64,000 nt of DNA, taken from assembly GCA_030167865.1 (NCBI GenBank), contig JALAGF010003564.1, positions 1 to 64,000 on the forward strand, given 5' to 3'. The notes under the pieces are model-generated. The model did not search any database. It worked only from the letters and a program-made list of their open reading frames with translations, and was not told where the DNA came from. The stretch comes from Craspedostauros australis. Its lineage: Eukaryota. Positions 12,238 through 22,627 of the stretch are shown here, piece after piece. Numbering within the stretch: the stretch's first letter is position 1; each line of letters starts with the position of its first letter. A program made the translations under genes and the position numbers.

Positions 12238-13394
12238 GGTCGCGCGCCAGGCAAGGGCTGTCGTCGTTGTTCGCAAAGATGATGTGAATCTGTACACGTA
12301 TAATAGGCATGTAGAGTGCAATGGAACGCGGCAGAGTACAGTGGTGCTGTCGCAGGGTATAGGATGTGCTATTATTGTAGGTGTTGGTTGTGTCGACGCT
12401 CAATGCAGAAGGTATGAACTCACGACGTTTGCCTCTTTCTTGGCCGCTGCTTTGTGCTGTCATTCGACAAGGCAATAGAGTTCAAGCCACAGAATACTCG
12501 CACCGTCACTCTGTTGCTTCTGTTCCAACAACAACAGCAACAACAAGGCGACACATCACATCGCTCTCTCGCTGCATCTCCGCACCTGAATGTGATTGCA
12601 GATTGTTCGCTTTCTGGTTGTGTCATGAGAGGTGCGCGAATTGTGTGACCAAAATTTGGATGCGTGGTGAAAGTTGTCTCTGCATGCGCGTTGAGAAACA
12701 GCCAATGCTCGTGTGTTTCCATGTCGCATCATTGGCGTGACGCTGCGCGAAGCTGACAACGGTCGGAGTTTTCCCTCACGCACAAAACAACAACGAAAGG
12801 ACTTTTCGGCTTTTTCCGGAGTGGACACAATCGGACGCAACGTTTGTGTGTTCCCGTCTGTCCGTCTGTCCACATAGAACTTGATCCGATCGCGCAACAA
12901 CAGAAAACAAAGACGCGAACAAGAAACGGTACAAACGGTCGCCGCCACCGCCTCGCTTCTGAGAAATGACGGTGCCACCTCTGGAAGTTGTGAGATCGGA
13001 GAGGGAAAGTTGTCTCATCTTCGATGCTGTACTTTCTCCGGCTATGCACAGCGATGCTTGGATAACATCAAGAGGAGAAGCGTGGAGCAGAGGACTCCTC
13101 TGTTGTAGGCATCTGTGTGTTTCACATGGGTTGATCGGATTTGATTATTAAGGTTTACTTCTACTTTTTGCACAATGAGGACACGCTTCCTCGAGTCTCT
13201 GTTCGCCGCTGTCGAGGGTTCGCAGCGAGGCAGGCCTTTCGTTGGGGTCGCTTGCGGTTCGGGAGTTGATTTCGTTTGGTTGGGGTGGAGTTGTGTTGCG
13301 TCCAGTCTTCACATGCATGCGACACGCGCATCCACGTGTTCATTCGTCGAATGAATGAAGTGTGCGTGATGGCATCATGTTGGACGGTGGATGC

Positions 13395-14120
13395 TTAGGC
13401 GCACATAGTGCAGAGGCTGTCCAGGATGGAGCTCTCGTCTTCCTTCTTCTCCACACCTCTCTCCTGGACGACTGGCTCTTCCTCTTCTTCCTTTGGCTCC
13501 TCCTCTTCCTCCTCGGTCTTCGATGGGGCGGCCTCTGGTGCCTGCTCCTGCGGTGGGTCCTCGGCGACTGGCTCGGCGGCTTGCTCTTCGTCGGCGGCGT
13601 CGTCCATGGTGGCCCAGGCTGGGTCGTATGCGGCGATGGAGACCTCACCCTCGGCGGCCTTCAGCATGGCAATTGCCTCCTTGGTGGTGGCGGGCGTCTT
13701 GATCCCGTTGATGGCGGAGACGATGAGGCCTGGCGCCAGGACAGATCCTTCGAAGAGACCGCCCTCACGGAGCTTGGTGACGACGATGCCCTTGCCTTCC
13801 TGTCTCTGCAGGGAGATTCCGCAAAGGGTCTCGGCGGAGTCCTTGGTGACGGTAGCGACGGCACCGGCGGCGATGATGGTGAGCTCACCGGCATCGGCCT
13901 CGCGGAGGAGGTCGGCGGCTTCCTTGCTCATCATTCCGGTGACATCAGTTCCGTTGATCTGGAGTGGGAGCATACCGGCAGCGATGTCGGTGTTCTCGAA
14001 GAGGCCGCCCCTGCGGACGATGGAGATGAGGAGTGGGGAGTCCTTGCTGTCGCGAAGGAAGGCCAAGCCGACCTTGGATTCCTTGGTCTCCTTTGTAACG
14101 GTTGCTGTGAACTTGCTCAT
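13395..14120 (-). CDS. Tandem PDZ-like domain protein with an acidic tail and Cys-containing C-terminus (241 aa)
   Basis: Two homologous ~80-aa units (TVTK..ESKVGLAF...ISIVRRGGLFENTDIAAGM..LQING...KEAADLLREA and TVTK.SAETLCGISL...VTKLREGGLFEGSVLAPGLIVSAING...KEAIAMLKAA) with a PDZ-like pattern. Strong codon bias; ATG 14120 follows a CA-rich leader. Confidence 0.8.
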   Translation of the reverse strand: MSKFTATVTKETKESKVGLAFLRDSKDSPLLISIVRRGGLFENTDIAAGMLPLQINGTDVTGMMSKEAADLLREADAGELTIIAAGAVATVTKDSAETLCGISLQRQEGKGIVVTKLREGGLFEGSVLAPGLIVSAINGIKTPATTKEAIAMLKAAEGEVSIAAYDPAWATMDDAADEEQAAEPVAEDPPQEQAPEAAPSKTEEEEEEPKEEEEEPVVQERGVEKKEDESSILDSLCTMCA

Positions 14121-15447
14121 GTTGATTAGTAGTTGGTTGGGGTGTGTGGTGTGGTGCGGTGCGGTGCTGGAGGGGTGAAGGAATCCGGTGGGTGGAAGTT
14201 GTGGGTTGCGGATGTGAGCAATGAGGTTTGTGGCGGAGTTGTCGCTGTTGCTGTTTTGTGATCGTGTACGCACGGGAGCATGCCGCGTTCCTGGTTGGCT
14301 GAACGACGATGAAGTTGTTGAAGACGAAGGAACTCGGGCTTTCCGCAACCGCTCTTCCTTTCCTCACCGTCCACGTAGCCGTTACTGTTGCTGTCGCTGT
14401 CGCTGTCGCTTGCTCGTTTCTTTCTTCATTTGTTGCTGCCTGCCTGGTCGTTGGCTGGTGGTCATTTGTAGCGAGTGGCGGCGACGAGCGTGGGCAGGTG
14501 ATGTGTGGCGAGAGATGAGCGACGGGTTGTGACGAGAGGTGGCGTGGCCATCATTGGTCCGAGGCGACACGAGATGTGCCATTCACAAGCATGTGCGAGC
14601 GCATTTACATAAGGATTTGTCGATTTATATTAATATTCACACATGAATAAAGCAATACAGTTTTTCACACGAGCAACAGACAGTTCGTGTCACATCAAGA
14701 TGCTTTTCGCGAAGACATCGCGTGTGTGCTTATCGACCGAGTTTGGCATTTCGTTGTTTTCGAGCCGTTGCAGCGGAGTGTCCTCGCCGAATTCTGGGTT
14801 ATTCCATGCAAGCTCTTGGCCAAGATGGTCTTTGCGAAAATGACGCAAAAACACGTTCTGACTTCCACGTTTGTCCGGCCAAATCCGACTACCTCATTTG
14901 TATATAGGATCTATCTAGAAACGGTACTTTGAAAGGTTCTTTTGCTATGTGTTGTGGAGATATTGATCGGAGCAGCGATGGCACAAGCGATTCTGTATCT
15001 ACTCTACGTAGCTCTGCACAAATCATGCACCTAACAGGGATGCGACGAAGGCAACACTGGATGGATCCTCCTGTTAAACAGACCATGAGAGGCTGTACGT
15101 AAAAGATCATTGGTTAATCTCTCTCTCTTGCTCTCTTTACGGTATTATGTGCTCGTGTCGCTGCCATTTGATGGGCGCTTCCTGTCTCCATGACTGCGAG
15201 CTATTGTTTTTCAAAGACACACACTCCGATTGCTAGTTGAGGCAGGAGCGAATGAACGTGAAGGTCGCTTGCATTTTCCTGGTCTCTCTCCTTCCTCTCT
15301 CTTTCTCGTCAGTACTTTTTGTCTGACGCAGCGCACAAGACGGAAGGCCACGGTGTGCCATGTCCAACCATCTATACTTGGTCTTTCATCGCACAGAAAT
15401 GGCAGTCACCAACCTGCGCTTCAATGCGCTCATGACAATGCGACAGT

Positions 15448-16020
15448 CTAATCGGTCACGTCAAAGACGCAGGCATTGTAATCGACGCACTCCGCCACCT
15501 TGCTCGTGAGACCGAGGATGGCCCAGAAGTTCTCTCCCGTCTGCGCGCAGTAGACGCCGCGCGCACCCAGAGTGAGGATCAAGGCGCTCCACACCACGGT
15601 CAAGGCCACCTGCTTCTTGTTGATGGTGAGGTAATCCACCTTGTATCCCCCCATGCGCGTGTAGGCCCAGTCGTTGGGGTTGCGCAGGTAGGCATCCATC
15701 TCGGCCTGCGCCGTGTTGCGATCGACCTTGTCGCCGGCCATGAACTTGAGGACGGCCTGGTCGTAGTCATCGGGCTTGACGAGGCGCTGGAAGAATGGCT
15801 GCGGTCCCTGTCGCAACAGGCTGCCCCAGATGTCGTACCCGGCGGCGGCCGATTCGTCGTCGGACGAAGGGCTCCATCGCTCTGCCTTCTTGTCGTAGCG
15901 CGGGGCCATGTTCAACGATGACGACGATCGTGTGAGCGACGATGCGATGGTCGTGGCGGTGAACGCCAAGGCGATGGTTGGCAGGCATGCCAGGATGCAG
16001 AACGCGATGGTGGACTTCAT
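15448..16020 (-). CDS. Plastid-targeted protein of unknown function with a C-terminal TM helix (190 aa)
   Basis: Signal peptide MKSTIAFCILACLPTIALA|F, Ser/Thr-rich transit peptide ending SLNM, globular core (GSLLRQGP.PFFQRL...MDAYLRNPNDW) and hydrophobic VALTVVWSALILTLGA. Strong coding codon bias. Confidence 0.85.
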   Translation of the reverse strand: MKSTIAFCILACLPTIALAFTATTIASSLTRSSSSLNMAPRYDKKAERWSPSSDDESAAAGYDIWGSLLRQGPQPFFQRLVKPDDYDQAVLKFMAGDKVDRNTAQAEMDAYLRNPNDWAYTRMGGYKVDYLTINKKQVALTVVWSALILTLGARGVYCAQTGENFWAILGLTSKVAECVDYNACVFDVTD

Positions 16021-17057
16021 GGTGCGGTGCTTGTCTGTGTTGAAAGGGAAGATACGGCAATCGAATATAATGTGTATGTCTCTGTCTCTCTCTCTTGGAT
16101 GGAGTTGCGAATGTCTTCGTTGCTTCATTTTCGTTGGCGTTGGCGTTGTTGTTGGTGTCCGCGTTGGCATCTTTGGGGAATCTTTTTTGCGTCGTTTTGT
16201 GTGACGTCGATGTTTCACGAGTTCAACATTGGACCGGTTCGACTCATCTCAAGCACATGGTCGTCGGAATCGAACTCCTTTGTTTCGAAAAGGTTCATAG
16301 GATCTGCGCCAAGTCATGGATAAATCAAACTCTCGCCAGCGCAGAGAACGTTCTGGGAGGCCGGAACTATCCTTGGCGTGTGATTCGATGCATCTGGTTG
16401 ATCTGACATCAATACACAGATACAAGTGCTAGAGATAGTAACAAACATCTCCACCACCAACCACAAACACTGTCCGTCACATTTTTGCGACGTGTGCTGC
16501 GTGTTTCGAGTGGTGCTGTCGTTTGTGGTTTGGCATGTTCTGTTCAGTCATGTGACATGAGTGAGAGAGACAACACGCATCGCCTCGTGATGTGATGTGA
16601 TGACACATCATGGGCCACCTTGACGAATTGCAGAGCGGGGACCTCTCCCTCTCGCTCTCTTCACTTCATTCTGCCTTCTCTGTTGATCCAGCCATCCGGC
16701 AATTGCATTAATCAAACCAAGCGAAGATAATACAAGCAATCTGTTCTGCGAGGAGTGCAGGCCACACCCACAATCGCAGCTTCGGATATTCTCTCGACAC
16801 ATTCTGGACATACATCCGCATCCGCATTGGCAGTTGAAGCCGACGCATTAGACCATACCGCACCACACCATAGCACACCATCGAATACCACAGCATTCAA
16901 TAGCATTCAATAACAGTCTGGCATGAAACGTCCACGTTCCATGTCTCATCGACGCCGATCTTCGATGGAAACATCCTGGACGGCAATACCAATGACAGCA
17001 ACAGCCGCAACAAAGGCAACAGCAGCGCCTGCAGAGACTGCCAAACGAAGAACAAAG

Positions 17058-20000
17058 ATGAACACGCGAGCGACGCATCTCCTATCCATGTCCATGGCCG
17101 CGCTGTGCACTTGCCTGTGCCTCGTGCGCCCATCATTCGCCTTCACTCTGCATCCATCACGACGGGCTTCGAGACACCTCTCCTTTTCTCCAACGGGCGC
17201 CAACGAACATGAGCGGCAACACCCCGAGGAGGTCGTCAAAACGGAGGCGCCGGCCAAGTACGACATCCAGCTGCTGCTCATCGATCATTACGATTCCTTC
17301 ACGTACAATCTCTACGACATGCTGGCGCAGCTGACGACGAAACCGCCCATCGTCTTGGCCGCCGATGCCTACGATCATTATCCCGATCATCTGGAGGATG
17401 CGCATGGCAATCGCGTGCAAATTGATGGCATCGTGCTATCGCCGGGACCCGGCACGCCCGAGGCTGTGTCCAACTTCACGAAGCAATCGATTCATCGCAA
17501 TCCGGATTTGCCCATTTTGGGTGTGTGCTTGGGGCATCAGGTGTTGACGTTGGAGTATGGTGGCGTCGTCAGCAAAGCGCCCGTGCCGATTCATGGGCAG
17601 GACATGAGGATACGGCAGGCGCCATCTGAGATCGTGATGGATGCTGTGAATGGTGACATCACTGCTCCTGATGCTGATGGTGTTGATGTTGGTGCTGTTG
17701 ATGGTGGAAACAATATCAATGGCCATGCCATCGCTGCACAACAACAGCAACAACAACAGCAACAACAACAACAACAACGTCAACAACAAAAGCACATCAC
17801 CGCCCTGTTCCGCGATATGCCACCATCCTGGAGCGTGGTGCGGTACCACAGCCTGGCAGCCCTCGAACAGGAATTGCCACAATCCTTGGTCGTCACAGCG
17901 CGATCGGAAGATGATCAGGTCGTTCAGGGATTGGCGCATGTCACGCACCCGCACTACGGCGTTCAGTTCCATCCCGAAAGCATCGGCACACAGTACGGAT
18001 TCGCCTTGTTGCAAAACTTCTTGACCATTTGCGATGAGCACGTTGGGTCTGTGCGGGACGATGTGCCGCCTGTGGCAGCAACCAAACCTTCGAATACAGC
18101 GGCAGCGACAATGACAACGACTTGCAGTTACCAGGTGCATGCGTACAAAGTTGCAGCAGCGGGCAGGGCAACGCCGGAACAAGTCTTTGAAGGACTGTAC
18201 CGCCATTTGCCATATTCGGTGTGGTTGGACAGCTGCGAGACGGGCCACATATCCATCCTCGCGGCACCCCTCCACGACGAGGATCGATACGAGTATCATA
18301 TTGACAGAGTGTTGTCCGATCAACCCGACATCCTAAGTTGGTTGGAGGAACGCCTGGGAGCTGCGCCGACTGATGAAGTGGCTATACTGGCATCGATCGA
18401 TGATACAAATACGGATGCAAGCCACACGGTTTCGGAGGAGACCATCCAAGATGAAGCGCTGTTGCCATTCGATTACCGCGGTGGTCATCTCGGCTTTTTG
18501 GGATACGAAGTGCGTCAGGACACGCTGCGGTATCTGCAGGAACTGGAACATGGCAGTATCAACGAGCCCGCTAGCAATAGCAACGGTGCAACTTCGACAA
18601 CGCCAGATGTTCCCACGGCGGCCTTCTTCTTGGCGCGTCAGAGCATGGTGTATCATCATGATACGCAGGAATGGTACCTCATCGGTATCACTGATTCCGA
18701 CGACGACGACGATTCCCAACAACAACAGCAACAAATGATGGATTGGATGCGTCAGACCGAGCATGCCTTGCAGCAGCTCGAGGCTACGCACAACGGCGAT
18801 CATGATCATGATGGGAGTAGCAACGGTATCGACGGTAGCATCAACGGCAGCATCAACGGCAGCGTCAACGGCAGCGTCAACGGCAAGACCAATGGATCAT
18901 CGTCAGTACCATCATCTCACTTCGCTTCGCAATGGCCGAACGGCAGGGCAGGGTACACTGGGGATCACTCCCAGAGACTTGCGTTCGTACCGAACCGATC
19001 ACAGGAGCGGTACGAGGCAGACATCGGCAACTGTCACAAACAGATACGGCTCGGCGAGTCTTACGAGCTATGCCTCACCAATCAGCTCGAGGCGGATGTC
19101 CCGCTGCGGAAGCAGGATGAAAAATCACATGACAACGTCGAACGAACGCCTCTCAATTTGTACCGCACGCTGCGCCGGCGCAACCCTGCTCCGTACTCCG
19201 CTTACGTCAACTGGAATCTGCAGAATGGCAAGAACGACACGTCCGCCATGGCCATCTGCTGCTCGTCGCCGGAACGATTCATCTCGGTGCAACGACAAGA
19301 CGATCAGACCCTGCGCGCCGAGGCCAAACCCATCAAGGGCACATGCGCGCGCGTGCTGCCCACCGACGGCCGCACCGTCCTGACCAAGGCCGAGCAACGC
19401 GAAGATGAACGTCGCGCACGGTCGCTGGAGCTGTCCATCAAGAATCGCGCCGAGAATCTCATGATCGTCGATCTGCTGCGCAACGACATGTCCCGCGTGT
19501 GCACCATCGGCAGCGTGCATGTGGCCAAGCTCATGTCCATCGAGTCGTATGCCACGGTGCATCAGATGGTGTCGACGATCCGCGGGACGTTGCCAGCGCG
19601 CGAGGACTCAGCGGTGAATGGCAGTGATGCGCGCGAGGAATCCTCCAACGCCTGCATCGACTTGCTGAAGGCCTGCTTCCCGGGCGGCAGCATGACGGGG
19701 GCGCCCAAGCTGCGCACGATGGAACTGCTGGAAGACATGGAGGATCATGTCCCGAGAGGTCCGTACTCCGGCAGCCTCGGATACCTGAGCCTCAACGGCA
19801 GCATGGACATGAATATCATCATCCGCACCGCCGTGCTGACGCGAGGTCGGGAGGAGGAAGGCTTGGAGTACCATGTGTCTGTGGGTGCCGGTGGCGCCAT
19901 CACGGCCCTGTCCGATTCGAAGGACGAGTACGAAGAGATGCAGCTCAAGGCATCACGTGTGGTGGAAGCCGTGCAGGAATGGGCTGGTCCGATTGCTGCG

Positions 20001-20087
20001 GAATCCACAACGAACGGAGATGCGGCGCCATCGGTAGTAGTCGACGGAGATCGAGAAGGAGCAACAGCATCGTTGCCGGTGCAATGA
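17058..20087 (+). CDS. pabAB: Aminodeoxychorismate synthase (PabA glutamine amidotransferase + PabB chorismate-binding fusion), plastid-targeted; folate/pABA pathway
   Basis: GATase motifs LIDHYDSFTYNL, LSPGPG, PILGVCLGHQ, VVRYHSL, GVQFHPES. PabB motifs GESYELCLTNQ, NPAPYSAY, SSPERF, KPIKGT, AENLMIVDLLRND, FPGGSMTGAPK, RGPYSGSLG, GAGGAI. Signal peptide ending PSFA|F from ATG 17058; the frame is open from ATG 16923. Confidence 0.96.
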   Translation: MNTRATHLLSMSMAALCTCLCLVRPSFAFTLHPSRRASRHLSFSPTGANEHERQHPEEVVKTEAPAKYDIQLLLIDHYDSFTYNLYDMLAQLTTKPPIVLAADAYDHYPDHLEDAHGNRVQIDGIVLSPGPGTPEAVSNFTKQSIHRNPDLPILGVCLGHQVLTLEYGGVVSKAPVPIHGQDMRIRQAPSEIVMDAVNGDITAPDADGVDVGAVDGGNNINGHAIAAQQQQQQQQQQQQQRQQQKHITALFRDMPPSWSVVRYHSLAALEQELPQSLVVTARSEDDQVVQGLAHVTHPHYGVQFHPESIGTQYGFALLQNFLTICDEHVGSVRDDVPPVAATKPSNTAAATMTTTCSYQVHAYKVAAAGRATPEQVFEGLYRHLPYSVWLDSCETGHISILAAPLHDEDRYEYHIDRVLSDQPDILSWLEERLGAAPTDEVAILASIDDTNTDASHTVSEETIQDEALLPFDYRGGHLGFLGYEVRQDTLRYLQELEHGSINEPASNSNGATSTTPDVPTAAFFLARQSMVYHHDTQEWYLIGITDSDDDDDSQQQQQQMMDWMRQTEHALQQLEATHNGDHDHDGSSNGIDGSINGSINGSVNGSVNGKTNGSSSVPSSHFASQWPNGRAGYTGDHSQRLAFVPNRSQERYEADIGNCHKQIRLGESYELCLTNQLEADVPLRKQDEKSHDNVERTPLNLYRTLRRRNPAPYSAYVNWNLQNGKNDTSAMAICCSSPERFISVQRQDDQTLRAEAKPIKGTCARVLPTDGRTVLTKAEQREDERRARSLELSIKNRAENLMIVDLLRNDMSRVCTIGSVHVAKLMSIESYATVHQMVSTIRGTLPAREDSAVNGSDAREESSNACIDLLKACFPGGSMTGAPKLRTMELLEDMEDHVPRGPYSGSLGYLSLNGSMDMNIIIRTAVLTRGREEEGLEYHVSVGAGGAITALSDSKDEYEEMQLKASRVVEAVQEWAGPIAAESTTNGDAAPSVVVDGDREGATASLPVQ

Positions 20088-20462
20088 ATAAGTGGCAGAA
20101 TGTAATACGAGTATGCAGAGTAAACATATAATGGTATTATACAAGTGAACGACAAGGCACTGATGCTTGGGGTCCTATTGTATTTCTCTCTTGAGGAGCA
20201 GAGAGAGTGAATGGCGCAAGCGTTCTGAGCGGCTGCTCTCAGTAGCTCGCAGTTGCTGGAGACCACGCTCACATTGGAGAACTGAGCTGCTCCAACAGAC
20301 GCTACACTATCTCGCACAAATGTCTACCGCACAATCCACCTTGCCCTGCAACATGAAGCGATCACGCACATGAGCGGAAGACGGTATGAGTACTGCACCG
20401 TTGAGTCTGGTTTGAATTCTTTTTCTATCTCATGTTGCTTTGTTACGACGCTGTGGCAAGGT

Positions 20463-21273
20463 TTAACGGAGACGACGAGCTTCTCGTTCCCATTCCAGCA
20501 GACACAGGATGTCGCCTTCGCGCACTGGTCCCTTGACGTTGCGGACGATGGATCGTCCCGAGTTGCCACCGCTCTCGGCGTCCATGAATTCCACGCGGAC
20601 CTGTGTGACGTTACCGGTGTTTCCGGTACGTCCCAAGACGCGGTTTACCTTGGCGAGCTTGACTGGTTGATCCTGTTGTTGGAGTCGCAGTGCCAATTGC
20701 GATTGTGGTGATAGCGATTCGAAGGGATATATGTGGGGAGAGAGATCGAGAGACAAGGAGGATGGATGGTTCAACGCATCGTGAGAGACTACTCTGACAT
20801 TCTGGTGTGCGTAACGATCAATTCGTCTTGGCGCCTTCATGACGGCGTCTGCAACATTGATAGCGGCATCTTGGTCATGGTGCTGGTGGACAGCGCGTAG
20901 GGTGCGGATATGAACGCATCACGTCGGCTGTTGGCTATGAAAACCTGCGAGGATGCTTGGTGTCATCATCGTCGTGTTCGTCGCCGTCATGGTGGTGATG
21001 ATTCCGATGCCGATTGCGTTCCCCCACGATGATGAAATTTCTTGCTCCCAGTACTGATTCTACGCAGGCCCTACGTGACTAGTAATGTGGTAAAGCGTAA
21101 TTTCGGGCACCACCAATCTGCGCCATGATGTTAGATGCCACCATCGCTCGTTTCCATCACGCCGCAATGGCCGCTCCATTCATGCACCACCATTGTCGAT
21201 CTCTCCCATCTCATCTCATCATGTCAACATCGTCTCTTGCAGTGCCGCCGCTGCCCGCTCTCCAACATACCAT
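20463..21273 (-). CDS. RPS28: 40S ribosomal protein S28 (eS28); ATG-only first coding exon (21273-21271), intron 21270-20673, exon 2 20672-20463, 70 aa
   Basis: Exon 2 reads [27 protein letters not shown]...[30 protein letters not shown]. Acceptor CAACAG at 20673; upstream AAGATG|GTATGT supplies a phase-0 donor. Identity is secure, exon 1 position is inferred. Confidence 0.93.
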
Positions 21274-22627
21274 CTTGTCTGTCTATTTTCGCACGTGTGT
21301 TGTGTGTTTGTGGTGTGGCAAGGTGAGGCAAGGCAGTGAACGCTGTTTCGTCGAGGCGATCTGATTCCTCGCGTTGTTGCTGTTGCTCATGCTATTTGCA
21401 GAGTTTGTTGGTTTTGTCAATTCTGTCCTTTTTCGATTGAGCTCATGACCCATTGTGAACCACTTACTATGGAGACATCATTGATGGTACATTAATGGTG
21501 TGGATATACTTTATCACAGTATCTAAGTAAGTCGAACAAACACACGCTCACGAACAGCACAACTCAACGGACAGAGAAGAGAAAGAACAGAGGTGTTTGC
21601 GCCGAAGAAAGGAAAGGGTCGACCGGAAATCACAAACCCGGTGAGAAGTTTGGAATCGCGTCATGACGCAGAACAGCTGGTTCGGGAGAAGCGCAACTCT
21701 CTTCGCTTTGTCCGTGCCACCGCTTGTTGCGTCATGATGACACCAAAGATACCAAATCGGACAATGAAACAAACACGATTGCGCATTTGGTTTCTCTGTT
21801 GAACTGTCCCAGTTTCTTATGTCGTCACAGATGACGTCATGTGTGTCCCGATTGTCCACAACGATAATTACAAGAACACCGATGCGGTGACACATGAGCA
21901 GCTGATAGCGGTATCCGGGCAGAGATGAAAGAGAACAGCCAAAAGGCCGGGTGAGCGTTCCAGGATGGGACAGATGGAGAAAGCAGTTGGGAAGGAAGAC
22001 CTGCGAAAGACATCAGGCCATACTTGTTTGCTTGGAACAAAGCATGATCATGGGATGCAGATAGAATCAACCGACAGGATGCGCCTTGTTCTCCATCAGA
22101 GAGGGAAGCCCTTCTCTCTTCGTGTTTGTGACTATCGTGGAGGGGGGTAACCGCGGTGTATCTCTTCCGCCGACGGAAACGTTTCGGCGTTGATGGGTCA
22201 CTTGATGTTCACCTCATTGCGCGTGTCCGTTCTGTTGTGCGGATCGGTGCCGAGTTGCCAACAACGCATGAGACATCTCCGCGGAAACATTGAAGATGTG
22301 CGGGAAGGAATCGAAAAAAACTTACCGCTGATGGAGAAGAACCGAAATGCCAAAACGAAACAGAAGAAAGTTGCGCTGGTTCTCGCGTTGCCGCGGAGCA
22401 GAGTGAAGGCTGTGTGAAGCAAACAACGAAAAGTGTTCGCATGGCTCTCTTCCGACGCAGAGATGTTCGTAACAATAGCACAAGCGAAGCAACGACTGTC
22501 TCGGTCCAACACAGACCATCAACAGATCGATCGGACATAAATCTGCAAATCCACAAACCTGCAACTCGGCAACCACCGTCCCAATCCAACACACATACCC
22601 CACCCTCCTCTCCATCAACATATCAAC

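Noticed and set aside
3700-20087. Metabolic gene cluster (hemD, pabAB, plastid proteins)
   Set aside because: The pathways are unrelated (tetrapyrrole versus folate) and the genes are interspersed with unrelated ones in mixed orientation.
21028-21120. Plus-strand box C/D snoRNA (ATGATGA ... CTGA)
   Set aside because: It is antisense to the host RPS28 intron, and the only CTGA is ~20 nt from box C with no terminal D box.
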